Of a stretch of DNA of 64,000 bases, positions 1-8,450 are shown in pieces. Position 1 is the stretch's first letter; each line of letters opens with the position of its first letter. The DNA lies in sequence record MG655267.1; one strand, written 5' to 3'. The position numbers and the translations under genes are program-made. The notes beneath the pieces were generated by a model, which was given only the letters and a program-made list of their open reading frames with translations, had not been told where the DNA came from and searched no databases.

Positions 1-2
1 CG

Positions 3-557
3 TGGACTGGTCGTTGCGTGATTACCTCGCACACCGGCGACCATGACATGGATGAAGTGATCCTGCCACGTTGTTTGGCGATCCCGATGTTGAAATACCA
101 CATCATCAACAAACTGCGTCGTCGGAACTACACCCCAACACAATGCCTCAAACTGATCCAGGCGGGTATTAAGCAAACCATCCCAGTGATCGATGAGGTG
201 TTGGATGAACTCCTCGCAGAAAGCCCTACAGCGTCGATACGGGTATATGTGCAACGAAACCCAACCCTGCGTTGGTTATCGAACCGCCGGTTCCATTGCC
301 GAACCATCAACCGTGATCCAAATGACATCAGTATCCGTATCAGTACCTTATCTATCAAATCCTCGAATGCGGACTTTGATGGCGATGAACTGAACGTGAT
401 GTTACAGCTGGATAACGTCTCAGCGAACTATGCGGAAGCGTTTGGTTCACACAACTGTGTGCTGGACATGAACACCCCGCTGAAGATCTCTGGTGACGTG
501 GGTCTGCCGGGTACGTTGATCTCGACCATGAACCGTTGGATGTACAGTAACGACTAA
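3..557 (+). CDS. Non-virion RNA polymerase beta' N-terminal/catalytic subunit (phiKZ gp55-like), 5'-truncated by the window edge
   Basis: Frame is open from base 3 (WTGRCVITS..., resembling the beta' GRSVI motif). It contains QRNPTL and the catalytic NADFDGD motif. Confidence 0.92.
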   Translation, partial: WTGRCVITSHTGDHDMDEVILPRCLAIPMLKYHIINKLRRRNYTPTQCLKLIQAGIKQTIPVIDEVLDELLAESPTASIRVYVQRNPTLRWLSNRRFHCRTINRDPNDISIRISTLSIKSSNADFDGDELNVMLQLDNVSANYAEAFGSHNCVLDMNTPLKISGDVGLPGTLISTMNRWMYSND

Positions 558-563
558 ACTTAT

Positions 564-594
564 GGCCAGGGGTAATTCCCTGGCCTTATTACCG
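564..594 (+). terminator. Hairpin after the nvRNAP beta' gene
   Basis: ggccaggg-gtaatt-ccctggcc followed by ttattaccg, a variant of the TTATGCCG tail. Confidence 0.6.
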
Positions 595-608
595 ACGGGA
601 TATTTTTT

Positions 609-1256
609 ATGGATAATTTGCTTGAAAGGGGACGGTTTCTTCTTGAGAACACTGCAGCCGCCATGAACCCTTATCCTTACACGATCATTTTCGTCACCAC
701 CCCAATGGATTGGGATGCCGTGGTCACTGCCATGCATGCTAATGATCCTGCAGCAAACATCATTCAACATAAAGGACAGTTCACGACCGGGCGCGATTAC
801 CAATATGTCATTTATCGAGATGAACATTGGTACATCGCTGGTGTGAATATGAGAAGCCTGCCTTACAACCATTACCTTGCCGGTGCGATGCTCGGCATTG
901 CCATGGACCTGGGGCATGAGATCATTATCGATATCAGCAACCGCATCGGGAATGATGCGACTGCGGCTCCGGCAATAACAGCGATCATGCACGATTGGTT
1001 TATGGTTAACTGGCGTGAGGCCGTGTGTGTGACTCATGAGAACTACCTGGCGTTTATTCCGGATGATGATTACTTGTACTTGAGTAACAACAAAAAGATA
1101 CTCGGGCAGGTGATTCGCGCACAAGAACAACTGGGATCGCCCTTGGCATTGACGTCGGCGTTACAACGCGAGTGTCAACGCCTGATGAACACCCAGGTGG
1201 TGATCGCACCGACAGGCTGGAACGCTACTACGTACTACAGCGGAGGTGAGGTATGA
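609..1256 (+). CDS. Hypothetical protein, HExxH-family paralog 1 (degenerate motif HEIII)
   Basis: 215 aa. It shares the IFVT..DWDAV start and the REC.RLMN..VVIAP.GW..TTYY end with the next two ORFs. Confidence 0.8.
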   Translation: MDNLLERGRFLLENTAAAMNPYPYTIIFVTTPMDWDAVVTAMHANDPAANIIQHKGQFTTGRDYQYVIYRDEHWYIAGVNMRSLPYNHYLAGAMLGIAMDLGHEIIIDISNRIGNDATAAPAITAIMHDWFMVNWREAVCVTHENYLAFIPDDDYLYLSNNKKILGQVIRAQEQLGSPLALTSALQRECQRLMNTQVVIAPTGWNATTYYSGGEV

Positions 1257-1924
1257 CGTTTGCTGAAGCTGAACAGTATATTTACAGTCTCAGTCAACAC
1301 GGCGGGGTCTATAAACAAGAGTTCATCTTTGTGTTTGATCCCGAGTCGTGGGATAAGGTGAACCTGGCGTTGGATATCCTGGACAATAACCGTGGGATCT
1401 GGGGGAAGAACGTTGGAGAGTTCAAAACCGCTGGTATGACGTCCTACGGACCGGTATCGGGAAGGCTTAAAGGGTATGTTGTTATTGCTGTCCATTTCAT
1501 GGGCGAACGTAAACTGTTCAATCCAGGGTATCTGCAGCATGTTTTGAATACCGCCACCCATGAGTTGGTCCACGCTGCTCAGTTCGCTGTTAGGGCGCAG
1601 AGCTACCATGATCCGTTGATTGCTGTAGAACCACTGGCTTATTTGACGGGTTGGTTAATGGAGAAATGGATCTATGCGGTCTGGGAGAAGTTTAAAGTCA
1701 CGATCGCAACAACACCAACCGGCGAGATCTCATACAACGTGTTGTTTGACATGCTGTATCGGTTTAATGACCGCCGGCTGGCAGATCGTTTGTGTGAACT
1801 TACCATGACACAGATTCAGAGTGCTTTAGTCAGGGAGTCGATTAACAGCTTGAATAACGTGGCAGTGGTAAACGATATCGGTTGGTCATCGACGACGTAT
1901 CTTGATGGAGTTAACAAGAAATGA
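1253..1924 (+). CDS. Putative zincin-like metalloprotein, paralog 2 (HELVH...EPLAYL)
   Basis: 223 aa, ATGA overlap with the previous gene. HExxH motif plus a downstream Glu. Confidence 0.8.
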   Translation: MTFAEAEQYIYSLSQHGGVYKQEFIFVFDPESWDKVNLALDILDNNRGIWGKNVGEFKTAGMTSYGPVSGRLKGYVVIAVHFMGERKLFNPGYLQHVLNTATHELVHAAQFAVRAQSYHDPLIAVEPLAYLTGWLMEKWIYAVWEKFKVTIATTPTGEISYNVLFDMLYRFNDRRLADRLCELTMTQIQSALVRESINSLNNVAVVNDIGWSSTTYLDGVNKK

Positions 1925-2547
1925 AGATGCCGGTCAGTCAGTATGTAGATAAGTTTCTATTAAGGCTGTTCCCTTATCCGCGGCAGTTTATCTTTGTCAC
2001 CAGTGTTGCAGATTTTGATGCGGTGATTACCGAACTGGCACGTCGGCAGACTGCGGCTGGGATTAGCAATAAATGGCTGAGTCACAGAGGGCATTTCAAA
2101 GGGAATGGGATTTGTGCTTCGGGGAATCAGATCTGTGTATTAGGTGCGCTTTATGATACCGGGACGCAGCTCAGCCCAGCTAACATCGCCGGTACGATCG
2201 GTACCATGCAACATGAAATCCAACACATGTTACTGCATACCTGTGCGCAGATTGGTTATAACCCGATGCGCGAACACGAACCGTTTACGTATTTAACGAA
2301 GTGGGTGTTTGAGTTGTTCCTGGCGTTTATGCGTAATTACCACGGCGTGATGATCACCGATGTGCAGCGGCAAGATACTGGTATGCTGAGTCGGTTGCAG
2401 AAGGGAGGGGCTTTTGAGTTACTGCACGCCCTGCCCGTTGAAAATGTTCGAGATTCATTAGCAAGAGAATCTCGTGCATTATTAAACAACGCGGTGGTCG
2501 TCAGTCCTATTGGCGCATCCCGTTCCACAACCTATTTCGAATTATAA
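1921..2547 (+). CDS. Putative zincin-like metalloprotein, paralog 3 (HEIQH...EPFTYL)
   Basis: 208 aa, ATGA overlap. HExxH motif plus Glu, and the shared C-terminal motif. Confidence 0.8.
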   Translation: MKMPVSQYVDKFLLRLFPYPRQFIFVTSVADFDAVITELARRQTAAGISNKWLSHRGHFKGNGICASGNQICVLGALYDTGTQLSPANIAGTIGTMQHEIQHMLLHTCAQIGYNPMREHEPFTYLTKWVFELFLAFMRNYHGVMITDVQRQDTGMLSRLQKGGAFELLHALPVENVRDSLARESRALLNNAVVVSPIGASRSTTYFEL

Positions 2548-2595
2548 TTAACCCGGCCAGGGAAACCTGGCCTGTATGTCAAAAAGGAAAGTAAC

Positions 2596-3297
2596 ATGGG
2601 TATGTATACCGGCGTCTCATTTCGTTTGAAGGTCAGAAAAAATGCACCCTTGCCGGTGTTAGAGTTCATGGATAAGTTCTTCATGGAAGGTGAAACACTG
2701 CAAGCAGTGAAAGACCTACAGAAAGAAACGGGTATCCAGTTCCAATCCACAGCCATTGCATTACCGGGTGATCAGTTTCATTACAGTGAAATTGCCGATA
2801 TGACCATGATGGTTCGCGGGCACTCTTCCAGTTTTGAAAGCTGGTACTGGCGTGTTAAAGAAGATAAGGGCGATTACTGGTTGTATGAAACCCGCGCCAA
2901 TACCAAACGCCCTCACCATGACCTGGCCGCCAACCTTATCCAGGCATTATTACCATGTCTGGTTATCGAAGAAGGTGAGGTGGTGCTGCGCTCCATTTAT
3001 GAAGACAGCGCCCAAGAACGCGTTCTGGCATTGGTAAATGGCAAGATTATTGAGGAACGTGGTTATGAGTACGAGGATGAATACAATAGCCCGTGGAATG
3101 AAAAGGCGCCGATAGATTATGTCAAGGGTGATTTTGGTGCAATTGCACATATCCGCATCACGGAAGAAGAAGAGTTCACACCACCTTGGACCTTACAGGA
3201 ACTGCGGGCCGGTGAAGAAAAAGCACGGTTAGAGAAAGAAGCCGAGTACGAACGGATACGGGCAGAGGGCGGTGGTTTCGGTTTCGGTGGTTGGTAG
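2596..3297 (+). CDS. Hypothetical phage protein (MGMYT-start family)
   Basis: 233 aa, RBS aaggaa upstream. The N-terminus resembles a widespread uncharacterised phage family. Confidence 0.75.
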   Translation: MGMYTGVSFRLKVRKNAPLPVLEFMDKFFMEGETLQAVKDLQKETGIQFQSTAIALPGDQFHYSEIADMTMMVRGHSSSFESWYWRVKEDKGDYWLYETRANTKRPHHDLAANLIQALLPCLVIEEGEVVLRSIYEDSAQERVLALVNGKIIEERGYEYEDEYNSPWNEKAPIDYVKGDFGAIAHIRITEEEEFTPPWTLQELRAGEEKARLEKEAEYERIRAEGGGFGFGGW

Positions 3298-3362
3298 TTT
3301 TAATTAATTTAACCTGACGTACAGCACAGCAAACAATAATCCAATTTAAATAAGGGTAGTTT

Positions 3363-4064
3363 ATGAACGGTATGAAGATGATGATTGGTTCCCTGCCACT
3401 GAGCAGCATGATGGGTGGTAGTCGTTCAGACGCAGGGACTTTCAATCCTGCACCGCACGCTACCCCTTTCCGCGCAGTTGGTGAGTACATCGCAGATGCG
3501 GCATTTGAGGATCGTGGGGTATTGGTTTCTGCAGACGGGATCGTTGCTACTGTGCGCGCCAAAAAGATGACCTTCCAGGAAGCCGCAGATGCCCGCGGTG
3601 CAGCCACCGGACTGTATGCCATTATGTTCCCAGTCGCTAACGGGGCGAAAGACGATACTGTCGTGATCACCACTACCAGTCAGGCTGTGTTGTTTAACTT
3701 ACTGGCAGTTGAAGATCTCCCTGATGAACTGTTTGTGCAGTTTGGTCTGGCAACGACTGCCGCGACGGTAAAAGCCATGACCAATGACAACAACGACCAT
3801 ATCCGGGTACTGGCCAACGCCGGCGGTATCGCCCCAAGCAATACTTCCCCGTCCCATTTGATTGTGGATAAGCAGCGCAATCTGATCATTGGTCATATTG
3901 TAAAAGAAGGTGATGATCAAGCAGACTTCAGTATCTTCGCCGCCTCACGTAAATCCAAATCATCACAGGACTACATTATCAACGTGAGTACCGATGATAG
4001 TGATATCATCAAGCATATCGTCCAGGCTACAGTGGAAGAGATTGCACTGGGAGACGCTGTCTAG
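3363..4064 (+). CDS. Hypothetical protein
   Basis: 233-aa ORF with RBS (aaggg) in the main coding direction. Confidence 0.75.
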   Translation: MNGMKMMIGSLPLSSMMGGSRSDAGTFNPAPHATPFRAVGEYIADAAFEDRGVLVSADGIVATVRAKKMTFQEAADARGAATGLYAIMFPVANGAKDDTVVITTTSQAVLFNLLAVEDLPDELFVQFGLATTAATVKAMTNDNNDHIRVLANAGGIAPSNTSPSHLIVDKQRNLIIGHIVKEGDDQADFSIFAASRKSKSSQDYIINVSTDDSDIIKHIVQATVEEIALGDAV

Positions 4065-4132
4065 TCTGTAATTGCAGACAAAACCGGCGGATGATATAGC
4101 ACCAGAAATTAACCGGAAGTAGGAGTAAAAGA

Positions 4133-4780
4133 ATGTCAGTCATGACAGGTGGTTTTGGCGCAATCAATGCGCTAATGTCCAACGGCCGCCCGACTCAGGG
4201 TGCCATGGAGTATTTTAACAATCAGTATCAGGGCATGCTGCAAGCAGCGCAGCAAGTGGGTAGTGTGGCAATGCAGCAGATCTATCAGATCGCAACACAC
4301 ACCTATGAAAACCTGATGCAGACCCGTCCGTGGGAACTGGCAGAAGCAGCGTTGCGTCAAACAGTGCACATGTTTGACCCGAACACGGTTCGTCAGCTTC
4401 TCAACCTGGCTGATATGCAAACCGCCAAACCGATCATGCAGCGGTGGGTGATGGCGCAACCGGATATCCGTCAGATGTATCATCAGCAGCGTATCGATGG
4501 TTACAGCGAAACGTATGAAGATGCCCAGCCAGGGATGGTAGGTGTAGACCATTATGATTATCGTCGTGCAGCAAACGGCATGTTGCAGTTTGCACACACT
4601 GAAGAGGTGCCGATGGCGTCTTGGCAGGCGACGACCTATTATGAGCGTCTGGTAGAAGGTGATAACGAACTGTCGTTCCATGAGAAGCGTGACATCCATG
4701 TAACCTGGGATGCGTGTCTGAATCTGATGAACACACAGGCGTATGATCCGACCTCCATCTTCAACATGAAGCTGGCGTAA
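4133..4780 (+). CDS. Conserved chimallivirus protein (phiKZ gp59-like)
   Basis: Motifs MQRWVMAQP.IR..YH.QRIDGYSETY, HYDYRR and a terminal DPTS match my recollection of the gp59 family. Synteny agrees. RBS aggag. Confidence 0.7.
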   Translation: MSVMTGGFGAINALMSNGRPTQGAMEYFNNQYQGMLQAAQQVGSVAMQQIYQIATHTYENLMQTRPWELAEAALRQTVHMFDPNTVRQLLNLADMQTAKPIMQRWVMAQPDIRQMYHQQRIDGYSETYEDAQPGMVGVDHYDYRRAANGMLQFAHTEEVPMASWQATTYYERLVEGDNELSFHEKRDIHVTWDACLNLMNTQAYDPTSIFNMKLA

Positions 4781-4788
4781 GTTAATCG

Positions 4789-4816
4789 GAGGAGGGGCAG
4801 CCCTCCTCTTATGCCG
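4789..4816 (+). terminator. Hairpin + TTATGCCG gene-end element
   Basis: gaggaggg-gcag-ccctcctc immediately followed by ttatgccg. Confidence 0.7.
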
Positions 4817-4828
4817 TTTGGGGGTAGC

Positions 4829-5053
4829 ATGGCAAAAAAGGAACTCACGATGAAGCGACTTCAGATAGACATCTCTGAACAGGGCTTTAGCAAACTCAAT
4901 GCACTCAAGGTGAAAATGGAAACCACCGCCATGGGTAGCGTTGTCAGCCGCGCCTTATCGATTACCGATCGTTTGTTCACCGCCAAGGAAAAAGGCAGTA
5001 AGATCCTGATCGTGGATAAAGACGGCAACGTCACCGAAATCGAATTACTGTAG
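4829..5053 (+). CDS. Ribbon-helix-helix (CopG/Arc-like) DNA-binding protein
   Basis: An alternating beta strand (RLQIDIS) is followed by two helices (SEQGFSKLNALK; MGSVVSRALSI) and a KILIVDKDG tail, typical of small RHH proteins. Confidence 0.6.
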   Translation: MAKKELTMKRLQIDISEQGFSKLNALKVKMETTAMGSVVSRALSITDRLFTAKEKGSKILIVDKDGNVTEIELL

Positions 5054-5061
5054 AGGTTAAC

Positions 5062-5289
5062 ATGGCTTGGTCTAAACGCCGTGCAAAGAAACGCATTATT
5101 CATCTACGCGGTTTTCATTATCGGGTTGAATCACGCAGTATCGCAATCTGGGAGCAGTATCGCGAATATCATCAGCATCGCCCGCTTGGATCTGGCATTG
5201 GTCTGTTAATGTTACTTGATCCTGAAACTGGTAAACCAATCGGAGCATCCAATGGCCTTAAGCAAAACAAAAATAAAGCGTCGTACTAA
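5062..5289 (+). CDS. Hypothetical protein
   Basis: 75 aa, RBS gagg upstream. Confidence 0.6.
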   Translation: MAWSKRRAKKRIIHLRGFHYRVESRSIAIWEQYREYHQHRPLGSGIGLLMLLDPETGKPIGASNGLKQNKNKASY

Positions 5290-5536
5290 CGCGTACCATA
5301 ACTACAAAACGCTGGTTGAACGCATTAGCTATAAATGCATGATAGCGCACATCGATGCTCAGGGCATCAAGCTTGAAATGAACCGCACGGGTTCGTCAAT
5401 TAAAAGCGAAGACGTCCCTGCTGCAAACGAAGCCCGTCTTGCATTGAAACGTGAAATCGTCCGTCTGCGAAATATCCAGGGCCGGCGTCGTATCGTGAAC
5501 GCCGGTAAGATCAAAGCGGCAATCAGCCAGTATTAA
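5252..5536 (+). CDS. Hypothetical basic protein
   Basis: Likely start is MALSK at 5252 (RBS ggag). The gene is followed by a canonical terminator. Confidence 0.65.
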   Translation: MALSKTKIKRRTNAYHNYKTLVERISYKCMIAHIDAQGIKLEMNRTGSSIKSEDVPAANEARLALKREIVRLRNIQGRRRIVNAGKIKAAISQY

Positions 5537-5539
5537 TAG

Positions 5540-5569
5540 AAGGGGTTTCGGCCCCTTTATTTTTTTTTT
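5540..5569 (+). terminator. Rho-independent terminator
   Basis: aaggggt-ttcg-gcccctt plus a long T run. Confidence 0.8.
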
Positions 5570-5599
5570 GTCTTGAATAGTGAGATTTTTAAGCTGTAT

Positions 5600-5630
5600 A
5601 AAATCTCAGACCTATATGACTGGGGTGATA
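5600..5630 (+). promoter_or_regulatory. Putative phage early promoter, copy 1
   Basis: The 31-bp aaaatctcagacctatatgactggggtgata is identical to 6206-6236. It is intergenic, follows a terminator and precedes an RBS. Confidence 0.65.
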
Positions 5631-5660
5631 GAGTAATCTAAATTAACTTGTGGAGTCGTC

Positions 5661-6191
5661 ATGAAAAACACTACTTTTCTAATTGAAACCCTGAAACGTA
5701 CCTTGGAAGAGCTGGATCAGACAACGTTATCAACTGAAGAAAAAATTGAATTAACCACCATGGTTGAGAAAGAACATTTCGCTAAGCTGTTCGGTATCCG
5801 TGCAGAAGAAACCACTCAGTTAAGTGAGCGCGATTTCTCTAAACTGACCGGTTATCAGTACAACAGTGTTTACGCGGGGTTAGATTTGGTTGGTAATTTT
5901 GACTGGGTGATCACGGCGGATGGCGCAGTCGTAACAAGAGAAATGCCTCATCACGGCAGTAACCATTGGTTGCCACCACGCAGACAATTTATATTCAGAC
6001 TGATTGATGAAGGTCGTGAAATATTTAATGAAGGCACTAGACTGCTTGTTATCAGAATTGAGAACACCATCACCAAAGAGGTCTTTTCAATTAACTTTGA
6101 AGTTGCTGATATTCAAATCGGCAGTGCGGTTGTTAAAATGGTTGAGCGTTATCTGTTCGATTATTACAGGGTCAGCGTCAAGAAACTGTAA
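5661..6191 (+). CDS. Hypothetical protein
   Basis: 176 aa, RBS ggag, AT-richer than the core genes. Confidence 0.75.
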   Translation: MKNTTFLIETLKRTLEELDQTTLSTEEKIELTTMVEKEHFAKLFGIRAEETTQLSERDFSKLTGYQYNSVYAGLDLVGNFDWVITADGAVVTREMPHHGSNHWLPPRRQFIFRLIDEGREIFNEGTRLLVIRIENTITKEVFSINFEVADIQIGSAVVKMVERYLFDYYRVSVKKL

Positions 6192-6205
6192 AATATGAGT
6201 TGCAG

Positions 6206-6236
6206 AAAATCTCAGACCTATATGACTGGGGTGATA
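6206..6236 (+). promoter_or_regulatory. Putative phage early promoter, copy 2
   Basis: Exact 31-bp repeat of 5600-5630. Confidence 0.65.
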
Positions 6237-6294
6237 AAGAGTAGTGAATACTCTTAACCCCTAACCCAATTAACCTTAAGTATGGAGTAGTATC

Positions 6295-6585
6295 ATGACT
6301 GTAACTTTCTCTCAGCAAATGCAGGTTGTCGAATCTATCGCTGTGATGCAGGAAAAAGCAATGGAACTGCAAGTTGCTACCAAAGCGTGTTACGACGAAG
6401 TCACCCGTCTGGCCAACCGACTGGCTGACATCAACGATCCACTCGGCTTTCAGAAAGCCTATGAAGAATATCGTACCAAGCTGGCAGAAGCGGATGTATT
6501 AGCCGATGCTACTCGCCTGGCTTACAATATGTCAGACGCTGCACTGAAAACCATCCTGGGTGAAGCTAACCCAACCTTTCATTAA
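6295..6585 (+). CDS. Hypothetical helical protein
   Basis: 96 aa, RBS ggag. Confidence 0.75.
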   Translation: MTVTFSQQMQVVESIAVMQEKAMELQVATKACYDEVTRLANRLADINDPLGFQKAYEEYRTKLAEADVLADATRLAYNMSDAALKTILGEANPTFH

Positions 6586-6624
6586 TAGTTAATTACTCAT
6601 CGTCATTACGCCTCGGAGAAACTC

Positions 6625-6834
6625 ATGAGCGATTTTATTAGCAACCTGTTCGAAATCGCTATTGCAGTTTTTTCTGTAGTGGCGATGGTTAAATTGATTA
6701 AATCTGATAATGCCTATATTGCAGAAACAGTTCGTATCATCGATGCCTGCGCTTCTTTACAGGAAGGGCAAGTGATTCAGGGCGAAGTGGTTAACACCAA
6801 AGCCCACACAACCAACTTATACATCACCCATTAA
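6625..6834 (+). CDS. Hypothetical membrane-anchored protein
   Basis: 69 aa, hydrophobic N-terminal stretch (LFEIAIAVFSVVAMV), RBS ggag. Confidence 0.65.
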   Translation: MSDFISNLFEIAIAVFSVVAMVKLIKSDNAYIAETVRIIDACASLQEGQVIQGEVVNTKAHTTNLYITH

Positions 6835-6856
6835 TCTACTTGTAAGGAATACACCT

Positions 6857-7318
6857 ATGTCAAACTCTATGTTCATCTGCCTGTCACTGTTAGCGGTTAT
6901 CTCTGTCTCTGGTGGTATCGCCTTTGCCAAGAGCCTGTCACCGACCCATGCCATGATGACCGCCTTTGCTTACTTACGTGAGCAACTCGGTGATGACGCA
7001 GCACAGTACGAATACGATAAACGCTCACACCTTCTTTGCATGACAAACCTGGTGGAAACTAACTATGCCCTGGTCTGCGGTAAGCACTTTGAACGCGCAG
7101 AACAAAAACGTGCATGGTTAGTTAAGGAAGCAGAAGAGATCCAGCTCACCCCGCGTCAACAATTGATGCTGCTGGACTCCTTACTGAACCTGAACACCCG
7201 TCCTGAACAAGCAAAGAAAATCGTTAAAGTACGTTCAACCAAAGAGATCGTTGACTTGGCTGCGAAGTATGCGAGCGACAACCGTCGTATCGAAGCTCCG
7301 CTGGCCTTGTTCCGCTAA
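6857..7318 (+). CDS. Hypothetical protein with N-terminal TM/signal segment
   Basis: 153 aa, MFICLSLLAVISVSGGIAFA, RBS aagga. Confidence 0.7.
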   Translation: MSNSMFICLSLLAVISVSGGIAFAKSLSPTHAMMTAFAYLREQLGDDAAQYEYDKRSHLLCMTNLVETNYALVCGKHFERAEQKRAWLVKEAEEIQLTPRQQLMLLDSLLNLNTRPEQAKKIVKVRSTKEIVDLAAKYASDNRRIEAPLALFR

Positions 7319-7352
7319 TGTAAGCTGTAGTGTATTGGTCACCTCATGACCG

Positions 7353-7385
7353 GAGCTCACCCTAACCGGTGGGCTCTTTTTTTTG
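7353..7385 (+). terminator. Rho-independent terminator
   Basis: gagctcacc-ctaacc-ggtgggctc plus a T run. Confidence 0.75.
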
Positions 7386-7443
7386 TCTTCTTTTTTTTTT
7401 TGTTCGGGGATTATATGTAGTCCATATTAGCTAAGAGGACATT

Positions 7444-7848
7444 ATGGCAGAGCGTGTAGTTCCAACCATGTCCGTAACCGGGTACGTAACCGGCGTGACT
7501 GAAACCATTGACCGGATGTTTGCCTACTGGCTGACCGCACAATACTCTCAAACGTATCTTGCTCGCGGTAACATTCACTCCCTTCAATATTTGATCCAGC
7601 AGTATGACGGTAACCCAGAACGTCTGTGTGATGCGGTGGTGAAAGACCTCAAGAACTATTTTACGGGTCCGTTTGATGCCGCCACGGTTACCTGTAATCC
7701 ACGCTATGCGACCAGTGAGCGTGATGAGAAGTTCTATATGCTGGAGATCGATATCAAAGTCTCTAATGGCGATATCGGTTATGATGTTGGTCGCCGTCTG
7801 TTAGAGATTGAAGACGGTATCTTTAAACGCATTGTAGGTACTCTGTAA
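7444..7848 (+). CDS. Conserved chimallivirus protein (phiKZ gp62-like; possible gp25-like virion/baseplate protein)
   Basis: 134 aa with VPTMSVTGYV and SQTYLARGNIHSLQYL. It is the first gene of the conserved block leading to SbcD. Confidence 0.6.
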   Translation: MAERVVPTMSVTGYVTGVTETIDRMFAYWLTAQYSQTYLARGNIHSLQYLIQQYDGNPERLCDAVVKDLKNYFTGPFDAATVTCNPRYATSERDEKFYMLEIDIKVSNGDIGYDVGRRLLEIEDGIFKRIVGTL

Positions 7849-8450
7849 TGGCACAAACCGAACACGATAAAATGATGCACCAACGGGCAGGGTCGATTGA
7901 GCGCCGACTGGCACAGGCCGCCCAGCATGAACGTAATCCCCAGATCCAGGAAGCGGAGTTCACACGGGTATTCCTGCCGATGTTTGTTGGCGGGGGCGAA
8001 TACATTAATCAGGATGCCTGGGTAGCGGTTGCCGGTTCTGTTAATAATGAAGTCGATGTCTTCCGCGGGCAAGAGTATCTTTATACCCTGCCGGCCTTAG
8101 CCATCCCGATTCGCTCTGAGATCTCCAGTCGTAGCCAGAATGGTCGCATGGGCGATAACTGGATGGGCACAGGCTTAAACGCCGCAGACGATCCAGGCTC
8201 AATTGAGAGCGTGATGTCGATCGATGCCAAGGGTAAGCAGGTTGCGTTAGCCAGTACTGCTGAGGAGCACATGGCACGCTGGGATGAGGTGTTCAAACGC
8301 TACGGGTTGGACTACCGCGTAATCCGTGCTGACCTCCATGAACGTAAAACAGGTCAGAAAGTTAATCCCAACATTATCGATCAATCAGATAAGGCATTAG
8401 CGACTAAACAGGTTGAGCTCGATGACAACGGTGATTACGAAGACTACTAA
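7848..8450 (+). CDS. Conserved hypothetical protein (phiKZ gp63/64 position)
   Basis: 200 aa, TAATG overlap with the previous gene, FLPMF...WVAVAGS motif, syntenic position. Confidence 0.65.
   Translation: MAQTEHDKMMHQRAGSIERRLAQAAQHERNPQIQEAEFTRVFLPMFVGGGEYINQDAWVAVAGSVNNEVDVFRGQEYLYTLPALAIPIRSEISSRSQNGRMGDNWMGTGLNAADDPGSIESVMSIDAKGKQVALASTAEEHMARWDEVFKRYGLDYRVIRADLHERKTGQKVNPNIIDQSDKALATKQVELDDNGDYEDY

Noticed and set aside
5600-6236. 31-bp direct repeats considered as a CRISPR array or att sites
   Set aside because: There are only two exact copies, 575 bp apart and flanking a full ORF. No cas or integrase genes are present. A promoter explanation fits better.
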